A stretch of DNA of 64,000 bases from Stegostoma tigrinum. Lineage: Eukaryota. Both the position numbers and the translations under genes were made by a program. Shown here piece after piece: positions 10,841-24,589 of this stretch (its first letter is position 1; the number at the start of each line of letters is the position of its first letter). The notes under the pieces were generated by a model. It had not been told where the DNA came from. It did not search any database and saw nothing but the letters and a program-made list of their open reading frames with translations. Where the stretch lies: positions 17,939,754-18,003,753 of the forward strand of contig NC_081369.1 in assembly GCF_030684315.1 (NCBI RefSeq). The letters are read 5' to 3'.

Positions 10841-13800
10841 AGCTAAAAAAATTCATCTTGAGATTAGACTTTCATCTAATTAAAACTGGATGCAAGCTCA
10901 AGGCTTAGAGTTGAGAAGTTGATGTACTATTTCAGTAATCATTAGTTTCTCACATAAGTATGTTTTAAAAATAAGCCACCAGAAGGTCCAAGAACACATT
11001 ACAAGGATGCTAATATTCACAGTCTGAGTCATCCTTTGCTTTTTACTTTTAGGAGGATACATTTAGGAAGGTAGAGGAGACAGAATAAAAATAGTAGATT
11101 AGGACAAGAAGCAATAGCCTGAATTTTCTATTAAAGTGTTAAATCAAAATGAATATTGATAAATATACATCTAACTTAATGCAGATTATTAGCAGAGTTA
11201 CAAGCGTAGATTTGGATGAGTGACTGTAAGAACCTATTTTGTCATTTAATAAACTTGTAGCCCATCTTCAACGCCAAATCCAATTTCTTGCATAATTGTC
11301 ATATTCTTCAATTCCATTAGTATTCAAAAATCTATCCATCTCAGCATTGAAAATACTCAGTGACTGAGCATCCAGGGCTCATTGGGATAAAGAATTCCAA
11401 AAGATCACAAACATGAGCATTGATTCTTTTTTGTTATCTCAGTCCTGAGTGGACTTACTCTAAAAGAGGAAACAGATTAGTGTTAGATGGTAAAATTGAT
11501 GGTAAGTGAAACATAAATAGGGAAGAATAATTAAAAGGAAGTGTTTTTTCAAAAAACCCTCAAATTCTGAAAGGCTTTTAAGAAATAAAAGACATCAAAA
11601 TCCATCAATTTCCCCCAGGCTGATAGGACAGAGATTGGAGAAGAGTTAAGCAAGGGGATGGAAAACCAAGATACATGTGAGTGAAAGAACTGTCCAGGAC
11701 ACTGTACCTTGTTCAACGGCCGCCAAAATGCCACCCTCAGTGATCAATACTGCAGCATACAAGAAGGAATCACAAAATTCAAGTAAGTGTTGAACATGAG
11801 TAACAATGGATGCCCAGCCTAATGCTGTGCCTGGCATCAGACATCCTTGCAATAGATAATATCTATATTACTGTTCCCCTTATGACCTGTATACTGAGAA
11901 AATAATTCCCATTATCTAGGCCAGGTTAATGAACCAGAGTCTGTGGAAACACTTAATAGTAATCTTGACAAATGAGGACAGCCAGGCATCATTGGCTTTC
12001 AAGCAGCCTCGCACACTTTCATTCATTCAGAGCTCCTGAAGCATGACTTGCTGTAATTCATGTATTTACTGAATACATCCAAACAGTAATGTTGGTCTGG
12101 CATTCACTTCCTTATTGATGGAATTGCAGATCTGCTATCTCAGCTTCCTTGGAAAAGGGGGGCCTCCATCAGGACCAATTCTCATACAGAGCCAAGTACG
12201 TTCCCCACTGCCCGTGGTTGCAGGTGTATAGATATCAGCTGGAGGTCACAAAACATTTACAATGCAGCCTCACCTGTGTAGCATCATTCTTTAGGGTCAC
12301 ATCTAGCAAACTCAGATATTAATTTCAAATGGGCCCTCTTTACATCTGTTGTCCTGATAGCAGAACATCAAGGAATGGTGAGCAGGACCTAAACAGCAGG
12401 AAATGAGCCATTAAATAATAGCAAGTGAATCTAACACTGCTAGTATTACACTTCAAAAAAACTATACAATGACACCACTCAAAAACCATGACAGCCAGCT
12501 GATTTTGTGTATTGGAAGGACCTTTGGATTTCTACACAAGAAAGAAAATATTTTGATTGTACAATTTACTCAACCATATTGTGCCCTTGAGAATATCAGA
12601 ACTTGACATGTGATCCAACTCCACCTCACCGTCAAGTATTTACAAGTAGTGTGCTAGTCTTCATGGAATCTACTGCACACAGCTTAGCTATATTTAATGA
12701 GGGAAAGAGTTACTTCACTTCACTGAATCCCAGGAGGTCCCGCCTCTGACAGCAGCTACTCATTATCCCTGCAAATGCACGTTGTGTTTTCTTGCCTCAC
12801 AATCATAGTCACTTCTACAGTTTACCTTGATGGGAGGCTAACCTGGAGCTTAATTCTCAACACATGACCCCTTGAGAAATTCATTTTCTTATTGAGATTT
12901 ATTTCCATTGGAGATGGACTAATGGACAATCCCAAGGCAGGCGGGTCATGGAGTTCAAACTATTTTCATGCTCTCAACTGAAAATAGGTTATACTATTCA
13001 TTTATACAATTAAGTTGTAATTTGAGATCAGATTGATCTATTAAACCAGATAGCATCTTGTTGATTAACCAACTCACAATATACACTTAACCAAACACCC
13101 AAATAATAAAAAACATGGAAATATACTGTCGAAAATGTCTTTTTGTCTTTCAATGCTCTTATCATTTTTTTAACTCATTGCTTCCTCTGTTTTGCTGCTT
13201 CTTTAATCCCAGTGTGTGTGGAAATATGAAAAAATTCAACACAAGTGTTATTTGCCCTGTCTACCATAGATTGACCCAGGCTAATGATTGCTGATGCTCA
13301 CCATCTCCTACTGAAATCAGATGAATTAATACAGGTACCTGCTCACTTATATATTATCTTATGGATTTGTGCCATTAAATGAGATGACATCCTGAGAATA
13401 GCCACATTACAGAGAAGAGATTATGATAGTTCCTGACCTTAATACATCTGAATCCAATAAAAACTCAGTACTTATGGTAAAACTCTACTTAAATCATGAA
13501 CATGCAGCTGTCGATACTTTTGAAAAGAGCTGTTTAATGTTATTAGAAAGCCGTGCACACACTTTGTTTGAAGTTTTGAAGAGGATTACAATTAGTAATC
13601 ATTGAAATTGCAAGGTGACAAAAGACTACGGACCATCTAATTTAATAATCTGCTATTATGTTTTGGTTAGGTCTATGAGAGGAGTTAGTAGGGATTGTAG
13701 GTATCTTTATTGTTGCTATTCATTATCTTTTATTTAAACATGGTAAATACTAAATATATACAGGACAAGGCATCATCTCTTCCTCAAGGATACTGAAGAA

Positions 13801-14199
13801 AACCATTTTCTCATATCACATGATCTCACATCATTCCCAGTGATGATGTAATCAATCTTATTTACATATTCATATTAAGCCTTATTCATATACAGTATAT
13901 CCCCCAAGTATCTGACTGTACCCATTCCCTTATATCTTAATTATTTACTTCTCCTTATCCTACATCTCCCCCTAAGTCTCCAACCTCACCTCTGAATCAC
14001 AGAGATAACAGCTGTGGTGGTTTCCCCAGTCTTCATGGCCATGTTTTCAGGAGAAGATTGTGATTTCAAGCGTTCTGCACTTTCTCACAAGATCAGTCAA
14101 CCAGAATGAATGTTGTCAGGTGATACTAGTTCACGATCTCTAGATGTCATAAGGGACCAGCCAACTCCATAGAAGGTTCCCTCCTTATAGGAACTATTG

Positions 14200-15395
14200 T
14201 ACTTCTGTTTCATTCCAGTATCCTGTTTTTTACCTCCAGAAAATGGAAACACAGATGGAGTGTTTTCGAAAGAATCAGGCCTTGACAACTTTGATCATGA
14301 ATCCAAACTACTCTCAAGCCTGGATATTTTGGAATTTGTGTACTTATGTATTGTGATTATCGTAATTCCACATTTGATTGAAACAGTACTCATCTTATTC
14401 CCCCACCTTGTTCAAATCTGCTGCTGTGAGACATGGCATCAGTGTATGAGGAAGAGTAGAAAGTTGAATCTGCAACCTCCTTCCCAGAAAAGGCACACCC
14501 AGAGCCTATCATTCTGGAGTGGGATATAATGAGGGATTCGCAGTGCCAGCTTAATGTCGTCATTTTTAAAAAAATAAAGCCTTTACTATCTGGATTCTCT
14601 GTTCAGCCTCACCATTAGTGTGTAGATATCTCAGTGAGCTACTCATGTGGACAAACCTTTCAGGAAATCCTTGAAGTATTCCTTCATGAGCAAATTGTCA
14701 GTCATTGTCCAACATGATATGGTTAGAAATCATGTGTGGTGCAAATTTCTTTCAATGGTACAATAACAGCTTCAGAGATAAGACCATGTAGATATTTTAC
14801 CTCTAAACACCTTGAACCACTGTCAAAAATGTCTTCCCTCTGAGCTCAAAAATATCTACTCTCAGACATTCCTACAGCCTGGATGGAAATGCCATGAATA
14901 GTTTGATTTATTCCTTCTGATGGGATATATGATGCAGTTTGATATCATTTCTGCTAATGGTTTGGAGGGCCCTGGTGTAACCTCTGAAGAACCTCAAGTC
15001 TGAGGACTCTAGGTATGATCAACCTCTCATCATAAATCAGCAGATTATCTATGACATCAAAATGGTTTCTGTTCTCAAAAAATTGCCCCAGAATTTATTC
15101 TGGCCACCATTGATACAGTACTCATGCATTTGAGTACTTTCTTTGTCTGACTTTTGTACATTTCTAAATTCATTTAAATATGTGTTGTTTCTGGTATCTA
15201 CTAGATCATTAGTGAAGTAAAGATCTCCCTTTCTTCAACTAAATTTATATCTTTTTGTACAGGCCTTGCTACAACATGCAACAATGCATTTGCTGTTGTC
15301 TGCTTCTCCCTTCCACATATTCAGTTGTAGCATTAAATCTCAACAATCTTTAACAAAGTTTTTGCAGTTTTGCTGGCATCTTTGCTAACTTCATA
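14200..15395 (-). mobile_element. Decayed Gypsy-type pol remnant (connection + integrase core)
   Basis: Frameshifted minus-strand translation gives FNATTEYVEG..QTTANAL (cf. PGK...ADALSR), VDIFELRGKTFL, EAVI..LKEI, LDND.QF (cf. SDNGPQF) and HMSSSLRYLHTNGEAEQRIQIVK (cf. H.TSSP.YPQSNGEAER.VQTVK). Confidence 0.7.
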
Positions 15396-15439
15396 GCATT
15401 CAGTAAAATAAGCAAAGTGATCTGTCTTGAGTGTGAGTT

Positions 15440-16055
15440 GAAGATCCCAGATATTGACTGCAAACATGTTGTATACCTTCCTGACCACCTTGTCTACCAT
15501 GGTTCATGAATCTGTGGACCTGTACATCCAGATCGCTCAGTGTGTCAATGCTCCTAAGAGTTCTGCCATTTACTATATAATTTGCACTGAATTTGATCTT
15601 CCAAAATGCATCAGCCCGCATTTGCCCATATTAAATTCCATCTGCCATTTATCTGTCCAAACGTGCAATTTATCTAAATCCTGCTGTATCTTTTGACAAT
15701 TTTCCTCACCATCTGCAACACTGCCAATTTTGGTATCATCTGCAAACTTGCTAACCAGATCACCTACATTTTCCTCCAAATCATTTATATGTATTACCAA
15801 CAATAAAGGTTCCAGCACTGATCCCTGCTGAGCACCACTAGTTACTGATCTCCATTCCTAAAAGCACGCTACTCTTTGTCTTCTACAACCAAGCCAGTTT
15901 TGTATCCATCTAGCCAGCTCACCCTGGATCCCATGAGATTCTACCAGTCTGTCATGAGGTACCTAATGAAATACCTTACTAAAGCCCATGTAGACAACAT
16001 CCACTGCCGTTCCCTCATCATTCATTATTGTCACCACTTCAAAAAACTCAATCAT
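15440..16055 (-). mobile_element. CR1 RT fragment
   Basis: ORF 15573-15818 reads [22 protein letters not shown]...WQMEFN. Confidence 0.88.
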
Positions 16056-17872
16056 TCAGCACCAGAAAGGACTGAAAGCTCCAGTATTCAGCTTAATTGT
16101 ACTGGTGTTAAACCTTTACATCAATGCAGTTATCACTCGTGTACAGACAGAGATGTTCATAGATTTTTCAATCTAAAATGCATTCACCGTGTAATTTTGG
16201 ATCAAGTTAGATCTCACATCCCTGTGAAGTAATCACTATTGGGATTTCACTAATCCACCAATATTAAGGGAGATGTAAGATTCTGATTTTACAAAAGCAT
16301 AAAAAAAGGTTATAGTAATTTGCTACTTGTGGTCATACAAATGTGCAGCCACATTGTCAGCGACATGTTTGTACAGAAAGCCCAACAGATAGCAAACAGG
16401 AATTGAAATCCTGATCCACTTTTCCCATCCTCAGTTCAAAGCCATTGAAGTAAATTAAACTTGCTAGACTATTTGTTATCATAAGCCAACTAACATAAAG
16501 CAAGTTACAACTGAAACCTGCACTTGCCTTTAGCTATTACAGCATTGGAGATTAATCCCTTAATCCTTACTTATTGCATGTTTGTATCTACCACACATAT
16601 TTAAATGTAAAATGTATTTATATATTTTAAAAGAATAAATAAGGAAAATATGCTGCCATAATGATGAAATTAACTGTTCGTGAATTATGCCAACCAAAGC
16701 GTCTGGTTTTCACAATGTAATAGATTAGTTAACATCAATAGTGCAAACTTAATTCAAGTCAATATTTTATGAATTAAACATAATTCAGAACAACTAAAAT
16801 ATATCCAAATAGCACATGCCTACACAATATACACCAATTAATTACATCATCTTTCTTTCCTCACTTGGCCTTCCAAACAACATCAAAATGTAAATCAAAC
16901 TGAAGGAAAAGTTGAATAGAAACAAGGGACAGAATTTTACCTGCCAATGATGAAACAAAAGCGGGACAGACAGACAAATATGGCAGAAATTTCCCCTTTC
17001 TGTGAAAGGCAAATAATCCAGCAGATTAGCATCAGCAAGATTTTATCTCTCCCACCAGTTCAGCAATCAAGTTCTGGGAAGGTCAATGGGTGACAATCCT
17101 GACTTGCTACCACTTACCTTAAAAGGTGAATCAATAGCCTAAGTGCCTCAATCTTTCTTCCTGGCAGGAGAGAAAAGTGTCTGCTTTCCCAACACATTCG
17201 TACATACTAATGCTGCCCTTCGTGGCTGTATAGCCGAGGCCTCCTGCAATGCTTTCCAACTCCCTGTGGCTGCTAGTCCTTGGGCTAGGGCAATTGGGGA
17301 GGATTGGGCAAGAACTCCATATGGAGGTGTTAGTGGTCACTCAGTACTAAAGACACCCCCCACCCCGCCCTCCCCAGTAAGTTAAAAAGGCTATTGTTAG
17401 CCATTTGACTGAAATTTTAAGGGCATTTCAATTTTGTAAAATATGTATGGATTTCTGTCTATCGGAGACACTCCATTGAGATTAGTTTATTAGTCCAATG
17501 GGAAAGAGAAGTGATAGGCATTGTTTGCTTTCAGCTTTCTGCCGAGAAAGCCAGATTATGTGGTGAAGACACACAAGCTTATCACATTGCAGCTTTGCAG
17601 AGGAGAAGCGCAAACTTTAAGCGGTAGTGGAAGAGTTTCTGTCAAAGGGTGTCAGCACTATCAGGGCAAAGTTTTTGATAGCATCAGTACACTGGAGGTT
17701 TCCCTTGGCTATGGTTCCAGAGTTTGAATTCTCCAGTGAGGAGTTAGCACAGAGATGAGGATGCAGCCATATGGAGAGCTCAAATGGGTTCAGGGAGCCA
17801 TTGAGCATGAAGTAAAAGGGTGAATGGGGGAAAGAGGACAAATTCCTGGTTGCAGAAGACACTAACCAATTT

Positions 17873-18014
17873 AAGATAAAGAAATGTGAGGCTGGATGAA
17901 CACAGCAGGCCCAGCAGCATCTCAGGAGCTCCTGAGATGCTGCTGGGCCTGCTGTGTTCATCCAGCCTCACATTTCGTTATCTTGGATTCTCCAGCATCT
18001 GCAGTTCCCATTAT
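17873..18014. mobile_element. Loopless fold-back Penelope pLTR-end insertion (112-bp palindrome + tail)
   Basis: 17873-17928 is the reverse complement of 17929-17984 with one mismatch. TSD CACTA(A/C)CCAATTTAA at 17860-17874 and 18015-18029. Confidence 0.9.
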
Positions 18015-18984
18015 CACTACCCAATTTAAAACGTGTACCTTCCAAAGCTTCATCAAGATATCTGAGAATCAATATCTGTGAAAACTGCTTCTCAACCAGA
18101 GAAGTATTGGTGGAGCTGTGCAGAAAGCTAGAGCAGAGGTTGAGGCGATTGGGACATGACAGACAGGGAATACCTGCAGCATTAAATATGATGATAGTGC
18201 CCAACATTTTTGCCTGAGGTTCATTCTGGAGATCAATACTGTCATGGTTCCTTCTTTCTTTCTACTACTACTTTTCCTGAATAGCTTTTAGCCAAGAATA
18301 TTTAGTTCACAACTGTTATCTTCTCTGAGGCGGATTTCTGTTCTTGCACAATATCATAGTTCCATGTGCCAACTTATGCCTATAGCTGTGAACCTTATTT
18401 ATTACCCTTTGTTCATTTACACATGGAATTTGCACTCACTGCTTTGCATTTCTCCCATCTGATCTCTCCTAAGTACTAATCTACTTGATATGAAGCTATT
18501 CTGTGAACTACAGAACCTGAGGCTATACAATCAGTTAGAGTGTAGTTCATTCAGTATTTGATATTTTCTAATGAAAATTCCGTTAATCTAGGCATGATTG
18601 AAAATAACACATTTTATGTAATTTGAAAGTTAGCATTATACAAAATGCCAGAAGTGCACTTCCTCCAATGGAATGCAAGTTTTGCATCAATACATCAAGA
18701 CATTCAGTAACCAGCGAAGAAAGGACATTTGCTAGAATATTCCAGGAACTGAAATCTTTTTAAAGTTATGCTGAAATGGTTAACTATTTAACACAACAAA
18801 AAAAAATACACAGCAGTGTCAAAAATGTTTTATTTGACAATTCATGAAAGAAAGCATCCCAACATTTTTACATGGATAATCATTGACATTTATTGTATTA
18901 ATATATTAATTATATTTGAATATACAGTAGCTCTACGGCTTCCTGTTTTTTCTGTCTTTACAAGGACAAACGATAGTTATCCAC

Positions 18985-19430
18985 TCATGGACATCACTGG
19001 CTGGCCAGCATTTATTGTCCATTCCAGATTGCCATCAGAAGGTGATGGTGAGCTGCCCTCTTGAATCGTTGTAGACCACACATTGTAGGTTGACCCACAA
19101 TACCCTGAGGGAGGGAATTCCAGGATTTTGACCCAGCGACACTAAAGGAACTGTGATTTATTTCCAAGTCAGGATAGTGAGTGGTTTGGAGGAAAACTTG
19201 TAGGTGGTGGTGTCCACATGTATTTGCTGCCCTTGGCCTTCTTGATAGAAGTCGTCGTGAGTTTGGAAGCTGCTGTTTAAGGATCTTTGGTGAATTTCTG
19301 CATTGCACCTTGCAGATAGTACCCACTGCTGCTAATGAGTGTCAGTGGTGGTGGGAGTGGATGCTTGTGGACGTGGTGCCAATCGGGTGGCTGCTTTGGC
19401 TTGGATGTTGTCAAGCTCCTTGAGTATTAC
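18985..19430 (-). mobile_element. CR1/L2-group LINE (second family) 3' end
   Basis: SFSVAGSKSWNSLPQGIVG...LQRFKRAAHHHLL and the tail gggcaataaatgctggcc. Confidence 0.8.
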
Positions 19431-20129
19431 TGCTCTGCAAAGAAACAGCTTGAACCTTTCTTATGGAAAATAATCGGCTGACAGCTTTACATTCATATAA
19501 ACTAACGTGATCTGATTGAAAAAGCAGATTGTAGAGATGATTATGTTATTGATGATCTGTGTGTTATTACCTAATATAGTCTAGATAGATGTGCAAGACT
19601 GGGTAGAATGAGGGAGCAGATGATGGATATATTAGATAAGGGTTAATTTGGTGTGAATCCATTGTGTAAATATCAGGAACTAGGAGAAGTGCTTTTGTAG
19701 TGCAGTGGTAGTATTCCTACCTCTGAGCTAGGAAGCCAGGGTTCAAGTTCCACCTCTTCCAGAGGTGTTAATAACATATCTGATCAAAAATATCTATGGG
19801 GAACTGGGAATCGGGGGGTGTGAGTTATTTTTTTAAAAAGCGTGGTTAACTGAAATACACCTCTCACTAAAGTGTGGACTTGGACTCTGTTCGAAAACAT
19901 TATTTTTATGTAACACTCTAAACCAGGGTAATAGAATGGTGGGGAAGGAACACACTTCAGATGCAATATGATAAATAGCATAGATAAGTCAAATACAGAT
20001 TTTCATTACTCCGTATACAAATTCAGCAATAATATCGATACCAAATATTTTATGTTATCCAGAAAAATAAACCTTTCATCTCTTTAATAAAGCATATAAA
20101 CACAAACTAGCAAGAAACATAAGAGTGGA

Positions 20130-20950
20130 TGGTAAAAGCTTTTTCAAATATATGTAAAGGAAAAGATTACCTTGGATAAATATGGGTTCATTACAGGTAA
20201 GAACAGGAGAATTTATAGTGGGGAATTGAGAAGTGTCAGGGAAACTAAACAGTTAATTTACACCTGTTTTCACCGAAGGATATGTGGAAAATCTTCCAGA
20301 AATATTAAGTGACCGAGGGATTTCCTGAAAGTGTGAGGAAATAGAAAAAAAAGGTTAGTAACTGGATTCAATGTTAATACATCCCCTGGACCAGGCAAGC
20401 TTTGTCACAGCATATTGAAGGAAACAGTAAGAAAGACAGTAGTGTGGTTATCTTTAAACTTCTATAGATGTGGGAATGTTCCTGTGTATTAGAAAGTAGC
20501 AAACATATGTCCAGTTTAAGAAGGGAAGAAACGAGTAGTTCAGAATTCAGCAAAGGAGGACCATGAGGTTGATTAAGAGAAGAAAAAATCGAGTATGAGA
20601 GTAAACATCCAATGAACATGAAAGCAGACCTATAATTACATAAAAAGCAAAAGATCGGTGAAGACAAATTTAAGCCCCTTAGAGTCTGAAATCGGGGATT
20701 GATAATGAAGAGCAAGGAAGTGGAAAAGCAACTAAATAACAATCTTAGTTCTGTTTTCATAGAAGAAGGCACAAATAATTTCCTAGAAATGCTTGGGAAG
20801 CAAAAATCTATTGGGACTTGAAGAAATTTAAGGATCTTGGTATTTGTAAGAAAAGAGTGCTGGAGAAATTAATCGGACTGAAAACTGATAAATCGGAAGG
20901 CAAGTTGTATGTTGGCCTTCATTATAAGGGAATTTGAGTACAGGACTAAA
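20130..20950 (+). mobile_element. Old, rearranged CR1 ORF2 fragments
   Basis: Two decayed copies of the K.FF.Y....R....GPL....GE...E.LN.YF.SVF linker plus ANV.P.FKKG remnants, out of colinear order. Confidence 0.6.
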
Positions 20951-21652
20951 GATTCCAGGCTTTTGATCTCATACTTATTGTATTTATACATTTATAAATA
21001 TAAATTTATAACTTGTCTGTATTTATATAGAGATATAAAAAAATTATAGATACATGACTATAATATAGTTAAGTAATAAACACTAAACATAGTTGTAAAT
21101 CTCATGTTTCAAACACGCCCAGCAGGGTAAACTCTCTTGATGATGTCACAGTCATATACAGGAAGAACAGGCATAATCCAAGCATAAATGCAGAGTTAAA
21201 TTCAGTCTAAACTGTATGCATCACACAACTCTCCCCACCCACGACATGCACATACCTATAGAAAGACACAGTCGTGAACTCTTCACTGTGATGTGGATGA
21301 CACGAAAATTAGTGATGTAGTTGACAGTGAAGAAGATTATCTCAGAATACAGTAGAACCTTGATCAGATGGGCAATTGGCCAAACAGTGGCAGATGCAGT
21401 TTAGTTTTGGTAAATGTGAGGTGCTGCATTTTGGTAAGACAAATCAGGACAAGAATTATGCACTCAAAGGTAATATCCTAGGGTGTGTTGCTGAACAAAA
21501 AGACTTTGGGGTGTTGGTCCATAGTTTCTTGGAAGTGGAGTCGCAAGTAGGCAAGGTAGTGAAGAAGGCATTTGGTGCACTCATCTTTATTGGTCAGTGC
21601 ATTTAGTATAGGAGTTGGAAGGGCATGTTGCAGCTGTACAGGATATCGGTGA

Positions 21653-21777
21653 TAATGGGAACTGCAGATGCTGGAGATTCCAAGATAATAAAATGTGAGG
21701 CTAGATGAACACAGCAGGCCAAGCAGCATCTCAGGAGCACAAAAGCTGACGTTTCGGGCCTAGACCCTTCATCAGAG
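21653..21777 (-). mobile_element. Minimal Penelope pLTR-end insertion (hammerhead-like motif + tail)
   Basis: Matches the young PLE 3' end. TSD AGGATATCGGTGA at 21640-21652 and 21778-21790. Confidence 0.9.
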
Positions 21778-22217
21778 AGGATATCGGTGAGTCCACTTTT
21801 GGAATACTGCATTTAGTTCTGGTCCCCTTGCTACAAGAAACATGGAGTAAAACTTGAACAGGTTCGGAAAAGATTTATGAGGATGTTGCCAGTGTTGGAG
21901 GGTTTCAGCTATAGGGAGAGGCTGAATAGGCTGATGCTATGTTACCTGGAGAATCAGAGGTTGAGGGGTGACCTTATAGAGGTTTATGGATAGAGTGGAG
22001 TGGATAGGGTCAATAGCCAAGGATTTTTCCCCAGGATAAGGGTGTCCAAAACGAGACAACATTGATTTAAGGTGAGAGGGGAAAGGTTTATAAGGGTCCT
22101 ACGGGGTATTCTTTTCACACAGTGATTAGTGTTTATATAGAATGAGCTGCCAGAGGTGGTAGTGGAGACTAGTACAATTACAACATTTAAAAGGAATCAG
22201 GATAGGTACATGAATAG

Positions 22218-23226
22218 TGATAATGGGAACTGCAGATGCTGGAGAATCCAAGATAACGAAATGTGAGGCTGGATGAACACAGCAGGCCCAGCAGCATCTC
22301 AGGAGCACAAAAGCTGACGTTTCGGGCATAGACCCTTCATCAGAGAGGGGGATGGGGTGGGAGTTCTGGAATAAATAGGGAGAGAGGGGGAGGCGGACCA
22401 AAGATGGAGAGAAAAGAAGATAGGTGGAGAGGAGAGTATAGGTGGGGAGGTAGGGAGGGGATAGGTCAGTCCAGGAAAGACGGACAGGTCAAGGAGGTGG
22501 GATGAGGTTGGTGCGGCTTGGGGTGGGAGGAAGGGATGGGTGAGAGGAAGAACAGGTTAGGGAGGCAGAGACAGGTTGGACTGGTTTTGGGATGCGGTGG
22601 GTGGATGAACCATTTCCACTCTCCCTCCCATTCTTTAGATGACATGTCCATCATGGGCCTCCTGCAGTGCCACAATGATGCCACCCGAAGGTTGCAGGAA
22701 CAGCAACTCATATTCCGCTTGGGAACTCTGCAGCCCAATGGTATCAATGTGGACTTCACCAGCTTCAAAATCTCCCCTTCCCCCACCGCATCCCAAAAGC
22801 AGCCCAGTTTGTCCCCTCCCCCCACTGCACCACACATCCAGCCCAGCTCTTCCCCTCCACCCACCGCATCCCAAAACCAGTCCAACCTGTCTCTGCCTCC
22901 CTAACCTATTCTTCCTCTCACCCATCCCTTCCTCCCACCCCAAGCTGCACCTCCATCTCCTACCTACTAACTTCATCCCACTTCCTTGACCTGTCCGTCT
23001 TTCCTGGACTGACCTATCCCCTCCCTACCTCCCCACCTATACTCTCCTCTCCACCTATCTTCTTTTCTCTCCATCTCCGGTCCGCCTCCCCCTCTCTCCC
23101 TATTTATTCCAGAACCCCCACCCCAACCCCCTCTCTGATGAAGGGTCTAGGCCCGAAACGTCAGCTTTTGTGCTCCTGAGATGCTGCTGGGCCTGCTGTG
23201 TTCATCCAGCCTCACATTTTGTTATC
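22218..23226. mobile_element. Fold-back Penelope insertion (inverted pLTR with tail + forward GIY-YIG end/pLTR)
   Basis: Minus arm ~22218-22606 and plus arm ~22607-23226. TSD TAGGTACATGAATAG at 22203-22217 and 23227-23241. Confidence 0.92.
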
Positions 23227-23369
23227 TAGGTACATGAATAGGATTGGTTGAGAGGGATATGGGCCAAATGCTGGCAAGTGTGACTCAGTTAAGTTAGAAC
23301 TTCTGGTTGGCACAGACGAGTCGTACTGAAGGGTTTGTTTCTGTGCTGTACGTCTCTCTGACTATATGT

Positions 23370-23932
23370 CTTGTTTCAATTGCACAGAGCCTTGCTGTGA
23401 CCTCATTTGTGGACAATTTTTGTCACTTTATCAATGAAGGAGAGAGAGAGCAATGGAGAGAGTGCAATGGAGATTCACCAAATTAACCCCAAACATGGTG
23501 GGACTGTCTTATGAGGAGAGATTGAGGATGTGGTGATTGTATTCCCCTGAGTTTTGAAGAATGAGAGGTGATCTCAATCAATATTATAAAATTCTTACAG
23601 GGCATGACAGAGAGCTGTAGAAGTTTCCCCTAGCTGCTGAGTCTAAAACTGGGAAAATAGTCTCAGGATGACGGATAGGACATTTAAGATTGAGATGAGG
23701 AGAAATTTCTTTACCTAGAGGGTGGACTTCTCTACTCCAAAAACTTGTGAAAGCTCAATCATTAAGAGTGTTCAGGACACAAAGCAAGAGATTTCTGGAC
23801 ACTAATGACAGCAAAGGATATAAGGATAGTTAGAAAAATGGCATTGAAGTAAATGATCAGCCATGATCTAATTGAATGGCAGAGCACGCTTAATGGACTG
23901 AATGGCCTACTCCTATTCTTGTGTTCCCATGG
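23370..23932 (+). mobile_element. Older CR1 3' fragment
   Basis: LERVQ.RFT.L.P...GLSYEERL...LYSLEF.R.RGDL, and 3' UTR gatcagccatgatctaattgaatggc. Confidence 0.8.
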
Positions 23933-24589
23933 TATATACAACTGATATATTGTGAATGATAGAACATCCCAGGGAAAATTTGTGTTTGCACCTGGGATCC
24001 TGAAGTGAAGGAGACTTGACACACTTAAAAATAGCCTCATTCTATTGTGAACAACAACTGAGCAGGAATGGCATTGAGGCAGGATACATCTTGATTTCTT
24101 TCTATAGTTAATAACTTGTACACGATTGAAAAAAAATGATGAAATTAAACTGAATGAGCAATGTGCTAATAGGTAGAGAGAATAATAGGTGTGCAAATTA
24201 TACAATGCAATATTGTATTTTCTGCTGGATTTTGACTACCTTAAGATTATCAGTGAAACCTGAGACACAAAGACATTAACAGCACAGAAGGAGGACATTT
24301 GACCCACTGTGTCCGTGCTGATGAACAAACATCTGATAACACTGATTCCATTTTCCAGATTTTGGTCCTCCGCCCTGGAGGCTATGGCAATTTAAGTGAA
24401 AACCTAAATGCTGCTTTACTGTTTTCAGAGTTTTAGAGACAACCAGTTTTTCAGGCAGTGAGTTGCCACCCACTGGATAAACCTTTGTAATTTAAGTTGG
24501 TACATATTCCTCTAATCAATAAATCTGGTCATATACTGAATTATAGAAAGTTCTACTGCATAAACATTGACCTAATTTCTACAGGATAA

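Larger units (their letters stand above)
21290..23365 (+). mobile_element. CR1 LINE RT/3' end carrying two nested Penelope insertions
   Basis: DDTKI...WAKQWQMQF..GKCEVLHFG...LEYCI.FW. Continuity is restored after removing 21653-21777 and 22218-23226. Confidence 0.85.
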
